A stretch of 64,000 nt of DNA, taken from contig OX597822.1 in NCBI GenBank assembly GCA_951406725.2, positions 11,532,001-11,596,000 on the forward strand. The letters run 5' to 3'. The translations under genes were made by a program, and so were the position numbers. Within the stretch, counting starts at the first letter, position 1, and the number at the start of each line of letters is the position of its first letter. Under the pieces are notes generated by a model, which saw nothing but the letters and a program-made list of their open reading frames with translations, did no database searches and had not been told where the DNA came from. The DNA comes from Octopus vulgaris (taxonomy: Eukaryota). Positions 55,454 to 64,000 of the stretch are shown here, in pieces.

Positions 55454-56394
55454 CACACACATATATAATTATAGTGATTGCTATATGTATATAATCCGTT
55501 TGAAATGTAAACATCGTGCGATATTTCAAATTCATTTCAACTCCTCAGGCTGAAAACTGCTTCTCAGCCTGAATGACCTGGCCTAACTCTTTCCTAATAT
55601 ATCACCATCTTTACTGCTGTAACGCCATGTCTGCTAAACATTTTTGATGTCTTATATATGCTTATGGACAAATATAGGAAATTATATTGCGAAATTAGGT
55701 TTCGTAAAAGTGACAACATTAGGCATTAATGTTGTTGCTACGAATGCTCCATCTAATAGCAAGAATAGAATAACAATTACATTTTGTGAATGTCAGTTAT
55801 TATTTAAGGAATGATCGATGTATGGAAATTAACTGGTAAAGAACGACAACTCTTGCTTATTGGTGGCAACCTCTTTGACATGTCATTTGTATGTATTTAC
55901 ACTGTTACTTTCGCTCAGATTTATACATACATTTATACACACGTACACACAGGCACACACATACACACACAGATGCACATAGATACACACACATGTATAT
56001 ATATTCAAGTCGCATACAAATATGTATATGCTTGTATGTTTGTATAGATCGTACAAGAATTTCTACAGCTGTGTTGCGCAATATTTTCTTCACTACTTGT
56101 ACACAACACAACACACACACACACACACGCGTGCATACACATACACACACACAATACACGCACACGCATACATCTATATGTATTCACATATACATACATA
56201 TATATATATATTCATTCGTCAAACATGTACACATATACATATATGCGTGCGTATGTAGGTGTACGTATGCAGGCAAATAAACACTATCGTATATATAATA
56301 TATATATATATATAGATATATAGATACACACACACACACTCACACACACACACTCACACTCTCACACACATACACGAACACGCACGCACACACA

Positions 56395-56443
<49 letters not shown>

Positions 56444-58502
56444 CGTAGAGAGCATATGTTCAAAATGTGTTTGTTTACGAATCTGTTTTTTTTTCAATAA
56501 TTTGAATACAATACATATTCTTATATTTTCAATGTACATAAATACGTTTTATCTTCTCTATTTTCTTTTGACGCTCAGCAGTTACTGAGAAATGTTGTTT
56601 AGTATATATCAGACAAAAAACAAAAAGAAAAGGTATTATAGACAGAATACAGAATTTAGACGATAAATATGTGAAGAATGGAATACACAAATTTAAAGAA
56701 CCGTACACGCTATAAAGAATAAAATGAAATTTCAATAATTTGAAAGAATTTGAAATAAATTGAAAATAATTTGTAAATAATTCGAAATAGTTTGAATATT
56801 TTTCAAATTACAGAATTTCACGGATCATTGTTTGTATTGAAACAACAAGTGAAGTTATTAATAATAGTGCTATTCTTGTGTTGAGATGATTTCACGTGTT
56901 TCCCTCCGCTTTCTTGGTATTTTGGAATTTTACCAAGCTTCATCAAATAGTTCTAAGCTTATTTGAAATCGAGAGGAAAATTATGGAATTTTTAGGCGTC
57001 TCCTCCATTAACTTAGGGTAAGCAAATATTTTTTTTTTTTTTGCATTCGTATTTAAATTTTAGGTACAGACTTTTAAAGATGGTTCCGTCTTTTAAGGGG
57101 TTAACAGTAAGAGAGATCGTGAAAATATTCCCTCACCGGAATATGTAACATATTTTAAAGACAATTTAATGTTGGTGAAAATATGTAGCAATTTCAAAGG
57201 ACCTTCTTCAACACTAATTTTTAAGTCGTCCAGCTACGCTGCTCTCAGGCTGCCAGAAGTGAAATAATATAAGATGTTTTTTCGTATATGCAACTCAATT
57301 CTTTATTTTTGTGATTTTTGTGGTATACCATGTAACTCAGAAAATCTTTACATTCCTTTTAATTACATTTTTGAAATGATATTTCGAATGCAATATTTCA
57401 AACCAGCAGAATTCCTCTCAAGGATCTTTTACCTTTTACTTGCTTTAGTGATTGGTCTGAAGTCTTACCGGGAACTCGTCATGAGGATTTAGTCACAGAA
57501 CTCAAACTCAACAGCTATTTTCTAGTCTGGTACTTATTTTTTCTGCTGCTGTTACCGATTTGCTAAGTTACAGGGACGTAGTTCGGCACAAAGAATACAA
57601 AATCACACACAAACACACACACATACTCAATCACATACACACACACGCACACACTTGTATATAAACAAGCTTCCTTCAGTTTCCGTTTGCGAAATACACT
57701 CACAAGCTTCTCAACTACACAGCTACGCCTGCGTCTATGTCACACTTGCACCTATGTCACACCTGCGTCTATGTATAAATGCAATCGTTTATTAAAAGTA
57801 CCACAATACCAGACTAAATTATACCTGAGTTTTTACCTAAGGCAATAATATGTTTTTCTGTGGAATGTTGTCGACTGAATAAACTTCTGTACATGATACG
57901 TTATGTAAGAAATACCGTTTGAAACACAAATGGCAAAATCTATGACACAACATTTCGAATATAAACTTTGAAGCAACGAAACTAAGTACCGCTATTCTAC
58001 GAATTTTTTTCTTCTTGCTTCTATTGTAAGAAAATATGTATAGATTATTGAATGAACACCAGTATTATAGTCATATATATATGCATACGTATATACACAC
58101 AAATGCACACCATGTATGTTCAACGTAAAGAAATGTTATTCAGTAGTTAAATTTATCAGCATTTCTATATTTTCTGCCTGAGAGATTAGACTAAGAACGT
58201 AGCTTATTTTCTAAACTCACTATCAATTATTGCCTCAGATGTTTTGTGCTTGACAATTTATCTTCTCTTTATAAATCTTCTTTATTTTCAGTCAATTGCA
58301 AACATATAATTGTATATGGTAATTAGTATTAAGCTCTTTTAAAATATGCATTCCAGACAGTTGTGTAAATTATCTATGCATCGGTATGAATGAATGTATC
58401 TATCTTTTTTTCTATCAATGAATCTATGTCGTCTCCCTTCCTTCTTTATATATGTGTGCGCATAAATATACGTATACCTACATACATAACTATCTACTTA
58501 AA

Positions 58503-58536
<34 letters not shown>

Positions 58537-58672
58537 AATGTGGTCGTGTGTTTTAGGTTGGAAAGAAAGATCTGTCACACTTTTGTCATGATTATTTGAG
58601 GGGACATTTTCAATGCTTACGGTGAAATAAGCATTAATTGCACTTTTCTTTCTTTGCAGATTACTTTATACT

Positions 58673-59051
58673 GTGGAGACGCATTCGCCCAGTGGTTAGG
58701 GCAGCTGACTCACGGTCATAGGATCGCGGTTTCTATTCCCAGACCGGGCACAATGAGTGTTTATCGAGCGAAAACGCCAAAAGCTCCACGAGGCTCCGAC
58801 AGGGGGTGGGGGCGGCGAACCCTGCTGTATTCTTTCACCAGAACTTTTACTCTTTCTTCCTGTTTCTGTTGTACCTGTATTTCAAAGGGGCCAGCCTTGT
58901 CACACTCTGTGTCACGCTAAATCTCCCCGAGAACTATATTAAGGGTAAATTTCTCTGTGGAGTGCTCAGCCACTTGCACGTTAATTTCACAGCAGGCTGT
59001 TCCGTTCATAAGATCACCTGGAACCCTCGTCGTCGCAACTGACGGAGTGCC
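58673..59051 (+). mobile_element. tRNA-derived SINE family C with 10-bp TSD
   Basis: tRNA-like head CCCAGTGGTTAGGG...GGTTTCTATTCCC; TSD ACTTTATACT at 58663-58672 and 59052-59061. Confidence 0.85.
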
Positions 59052-59129
59052 ACTTTATACTATAGTGGTTGAAAATGTATCGAACGTATCGATTTTACCT
59101 TGTTACAATGCGTTTAGATCAAATCTACA

Positions 59130-59740
59130 TGAAGCGCTGAATTCTCTATGAACTCAAAATGCGCTCTGCAAATATTTCTACAAGAAATATTCGTCTATCT
59201 ATAAAGATTTAAGTGTCCAAACATACCAGAGATGGTTTGGTCAATTTCGCTCGGGAAATTTTTGCGCTGGCACATTTTCGTCAAACCTGACGATTGAAAT
59301 CTGTCAAGACTGAGCTTCTGAAAATCGTAATCGAGGAAACTCGAAAGCAAACTGCATGAGAGTCAGCGATACATTTCAATTCACGTCCCTCCAAGCCAAT
59401 TGAGAAACGTTTCAAAACTTAGTTAGCGCGTGACTCATCCTCTGTCTGCTACGCAATTTAATTGAAGAAGTGTAACCTTATGCTTATCATTGAAATTAGA
59501 TTTGCTACCGTAACATTTCTGGGTAGAATCATCATAAATGATGAGAAGCCGGTTCTCTACACAATGATACCCAATGAAAATAACAATGGTTGATGTCCAA
59601 CTAAAATGGAGAATTCACCCCCCAAACCAGGACTATACCCAAAAATTATACTCCATGTTCGGCGCGATATGGAGAGTGTTGTATATCATGAAGTTTTAAA
59701 CCAGAACGAACAGGTTCATGCAAAGTATCCTCGCCAAACG
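59130..59740 (+). mobile_element. Highly decayed mariner transposase
   Basis: SVQTYQRWFGQFRSGNF, RIIINDEKPVLY, PKPGLYPKIILHVRRDMESVVYHEVL. Confidence 0.75.
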
Positions 59741-59757
59741 TGTAAATATTGGCTTAA

Positions 59758-59816
<59 letters not shown>

Positions 59817-60183
59817 TATATATATTGTGTGTGCATTTGTGTGTGTGTGCGTATTTAAGTGCTACCATTTCGTGACTAATGATTATTTAAGGAGGAATTT
59901 TCAATACTTAATAAGCATTAATTGCACTTTTCTTTATTTAGATTTGCAATTTAGCATTTTTCTTAAAATATAAAACCATGAGAAAGTAGAACACTTATAA
60001 ATAGCTTTATGCTCTAACAACTTTATTTAGGACCACTTTATTTAGATTTTGGTTTCTCATGCAAAAGAGGCCGATAGAATATGTAACAGGCGTAAAATAA
60101 ATAAGTATTGGGGTCGATTTGTTCGATTAAAATTCTTCAAGGCGGTGCTCCAGCATGAGCGTGGTCTGATGGCTGAAACAAAA

Positions 60184-60482
60184 TGGCACCTCGCCGGTTA
60201 CAACGACGAGGTGATCTGATCAACGGAACAGACTGTTTGTGAAATAAGCGTGCAAGTGGCTGAGTACACCAACGTATTTCTCAGGAAGATTCAGCGTGAC
60301 ACAGAATGTGACAAGGCTGGCCCTTTGAAGTACAGGTACTACTCATTTTTGCCAGTTGAGTGGACTGGCACAAGATGGGATGAAAAATCAAGCTCAAGAA
60401 TACAACGCATCGTCAGAAATCGAACTCACGACCTTACGATTGTGAGCCGAATGTCCAAACCTCTAAGCCACGTTCTTCCCTG
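60184..60482 (-). mobile_element. SINE sharing its 3' body with family C but with a different 5' segment
   Basis: AGGGCCAGCCTTGTCACA.TCTGTGTCACGCT...CTCAGCCACTTGCACG shared with 58886-58985. Confidence 0.8.
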
Positions 60483-60873
60483 GCCGAAACAGGATTAGAG
60501 ATAAATGGTAAAAAATGATTGGAATTTAATGCCAGATTGAACTTGTGACGAAAATGCATCACTTGAGCATTTACGGATCACCTGGTGATCATTGTGGCCT
60601 GAGCCCAGAGTAGCAAGAACTTAATTCACCGTTTTACTAAAAGCGTCCTGTAGTGTGATTGGTCGATGAACTGCGCGAGGAAAAAGCGAAGTTCTTAACT
60701 CTGCCGTGATGCTTCGTAGAATATTTTTAAAACCTAGTTTACTTGGACAGCCTTTAATTGCAAACCTGATGGACATCAATTTATGAAGATACACTTCATT
60801 ATGTCCTAGCAGTGAGATGGATCAGACAGGTTTGTCTAATTAACTCAGATAATTAAAGTGAAACATGTATGTA

Positions 60874-60947
<74 letters not shown>

Positions 60948-60983
60948 CGCAGATGCATATATATAAGTATGTATGTCTGTATA

Positions 60984-61034
<51 letters not shown>

Positions 61035-61794
61035 GCACACAGACACACTTATACACACTCTCTCACACACACACGTACACATATGTACATATATACATAC
61101 AGACATATTCACAGGCGAAAGAGAAATAATCTACGTGCTGTTCGCACAAGGTAACACTGACGCTCAAATATATTATCGTGTCTACGTCGACGACTTAAGA
61201 ACATCGTATCTACGTGGTCCTTTGCCTACAGAAGACAAACAATGAAACAATAACACATTAGACAATGCACTTTAGGGACACAATGTCTGCAATAAGAAAA
61301 GACATGCTGGAGTCGATAAACGACCTTTGATCACATTCTGCTCTCATTTAAAGCTGAAATGCAGCTAAACAACGCCTACACCTTTAACGACCATGTGTGA
61401 AAAGAAAACTCTTGCCTTTTAGAAATACGAACTATCTCTGATAATATAATCTGGTAGTTTTAAAGATCTGATATATTATTATAAAACGCAGTTTGCGAGA
61501 ATTTCAGGAGGTAAAAAATACGGGTCTTTTGGTGATTGGAAGTCTGAACCATAGATCTGCTTCGTGAGGAAGGATTTTGCGCTGAATTTTGCCTCTTTCG
61601 CCAAGATGAAAGAGAGTGAAATGAGGAAATAAGTAACGGTGAAAGATGAGTACAGATACTCAACTAAATGATACTGAGTCTCCATTATTCCTACCTCCGA
61701 AAAACGATGCAGAATTACAGGAATGGTGCAGAAATAGGTATGACTTTTGACGAAAACCACACTAATACCTACCTACCTACCTACCTACCTATAT

Positions 61795-62995
61795 ATAAGA
61801 GATGCGTGGATGACTGACGTTGCGATCGTGAAGTTACGCCAGTACTCACTTAACTTGAAATTCACGTCCGAATCTATTGCGTCCAGGAGGTGTTGGAGAG
61901 AGTTCCGAGTGTAAGGTGAGTTGAAGGCACGGACCGCGCCTTGATCCATAAGCTGGATTATGGATGTGGTGTTAGCAGGTAGGAACTTGATTTGGACTCC
62001 CTCGTGATTCAAATCCAAAGAGTGACTCCTCGCGTTATCGATAAGAAGCAGCACCTCCAGTTCCATGCATACGTTATAGAAGTAATCCCTGGCTTGTGGG
62101 TTGAAACATTAGTGAAACTAATTCGAAGTTAGACTTTTTGTAATCCAGGCCTTGGGTTATGCATCCAGGGAACAGGCAGCAGGTTTTTATTCTTATATTC
62201 TTATTTTTGAAGGCCCTCGGGTTCGAGGGCTAGTAGATAAGTCCTGGTTTCATCATGGAGCAAGCGGCATTGCCACACATAATTACCGTCACTCTGTCCG
62301 TCTGTGTCTTAAATCCTGGAGGTCCGGCCTTGACCTTCATGATGTACGTTCTGGCATCTTCTCTCAGAACAAGCCAGTCTCGTCCATATTGAAAGCATGT
62401 TCCGGTTTGTATCCCTTGTCCTCGATGATCTGTCTGAAGGTCTCAAGGTACTTCTCGACAGCTCTTAGTGGCTGATGCTATTTCTCCATGCAGGGAAACA
62501 CATTTTATGTTAATCTGTTTCTAGAAACGTTCAAACCATCCCTTGCTGGCTTGAAGATCCCCGGGCTCCGGTGCTATCAATGGTCTTCATTGCGGTTCTT
62601 CGATGTCTTCTGCTCCGTCTCCCCTGTCGAACTGCTGGTATAACCTCCGCTCTTTCTCGCGGATGATGTTACCATCCAAAGGAGATGGTTTTGTTCTACA
62701 ACGCCAAGGCAGCTTCCATCCTGACCAAATGCTTATTTCTCGCTGTCGTTATCTTTTTACCACTTTCACAGAAACTTACTGTTACGGTAGACCTGATCAC
62801 CACCTCGTTCTTCCTTATGTAGCGTATGGTACATTCGTTGATACCACAACGGCGACCTACTGCAGCATAAATTTTACATTCCTGGAGCATATCCAGTAGT
62901 TGTACCTTCTCATGGAGCGTCATAACCTTATTCTGGCGTTTAGGTTCACTGCCATAAGCCTTAGAATGTGTAGGGCGTTTGGGTCGTATCTTTGA
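61795..62995 (-). mobile_element. Decayed Tigger/pogo-family transposase
   Basis: MTLHEKVQLLDML (CENP-B-type HTH), ASKGWFERF, FNMDETGLF, LLLIDNA, FLPANTTSIIQLMDQG. Confidence 0.92.
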
Positions 62996-63220
62996 GCTTT
63001 AATAACACGCTGCGAAAAGCACAGCGCTCAACAAAATACTCGAGATGGCTACTGGACGCAGTTTCCCACCCCCCCCCCCAAACGTACAAAAACGTCCCTG
63101 CGTCTAATATGCACATACCGCCAATGGGAGATTGAGCAGAGGTTGAAAATAATAATGGTTTTGAAAAATTTAATTTGTATTACCACTGGATACAGTCATT
63201 TAAGGTATAATGATAATGAT

Positions 63221-63222
<2 letters not shown>

Positions 63223-63284
<62 letters not shown>

Positions 63285-63364
63285 TGAGAGAGAAAGAAAG
63301 AGAGAGAGAGAGAGCGAGAGAGAGAGAGAGAAAGAAAGAGAGAGAGAGAGAAAGAGATAGAGAG
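63223..63364. repeat. (GA)n microsatellite
   Basis: Direct tandem repeat. Confidence 0.95.
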
Positions 63365-63552
63365 TGGGGACCAGCAAGTAACCTAATTTAAATGAGGCTA
63401 TATTGTCTCACAACCTTAAAAATTATTCTGTTGAAATAAACAATGTGTATAATCAAATGTAGTGAGGATTTTAAAAAAGCGCTTCATTCAGTTTCGTGTA
63501 ATATGTATCTTTGATTTGTCATCGATAGCGTAAGTATTACTGGTACGATATA

Positions 63553-63619
<67 letters not shown>

Positions 63620-63759
63620 TAAATTAGAGACAAAACCACTATTAGGCAAATCAAACAATGAAAATCTTAAGCCAATACAATATAATATAATATTCTACTA
63701 TAAAATTGGATTCAATCCTAAATCTGATTTTTCCCTGTAAGTTTGGATTTATTCCCTAA

Positions 63760-63830
<71 letters not shown>

Positions 63831-63915
63831 TCACTACGATGCGAGAGAGAGAGAGAGAAAGAGAAGAGAGACAGAGAGAGAAAGAGAGTGAGAGAGAGAG
63901 TGTATGTGTGTGTGC

Positions 63916-63946
<31 letters not shown>

Positions 63947-64000
63947 TGTATGTGTGTGTGTGTGTAAAATACACATAGCTGTCGCTATACTGATTAGTAA

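Noticed and set aside
57060-57104. piggyBac-like end GGGGTTAA
   Set aside because: I found no matching left terminus.
58673-58750. tRNA gene
   Set aside because: The tRNA-like part continues into a repeat body bounded by a TSD, so it is a SINE head; the same applies to the family A and B heads.

Overview
AT-rich, microsatellite-dense eukaryotic non-coding DNA. I found no host protein-coding gene; almost all ORFs in the track are (TA)n/(CA)n/(CTAT)n artefacts. The SINE families and microsatellite load suggest an octopus/coleoid cephalopod (inference). The window is a mosaic of decayed mobile elements: Tc1 (DD37E-like), maT (DD37D-like), mariner, Tigger/pogo, two Helitrons, a Helentron/DINE-1-like element, CR1-group, L1/Tx1, RTE and R4/Dong LINEs, Penelope-like (GIY-YIG) elements and at least three tRNA-derived SINE families. 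The main signal the ORF track does not explain is a set of six type I hammerhead-ribozyme folds (1195-1254 -, 35340-35411 +, 42166-42290 -, 44655-44712 +, 45321-45381 +, 51911-51959 +) plus a degenerate one at the end of a Penelope element. Most sit in short non-coding cassettes inserted in (TA)n tracts, some fold-back and some in ~470-bp tandem units, which suggests a diverse family of microsatellite-targeting, Penelope-mobilised, retrozyme-like elements. Two SINE/LINE shared-3'-tail partnerships and several inverted pairs able to form long dsRNA are also visible. All folds and alignments were done by eye, and many boundaries are approximate.
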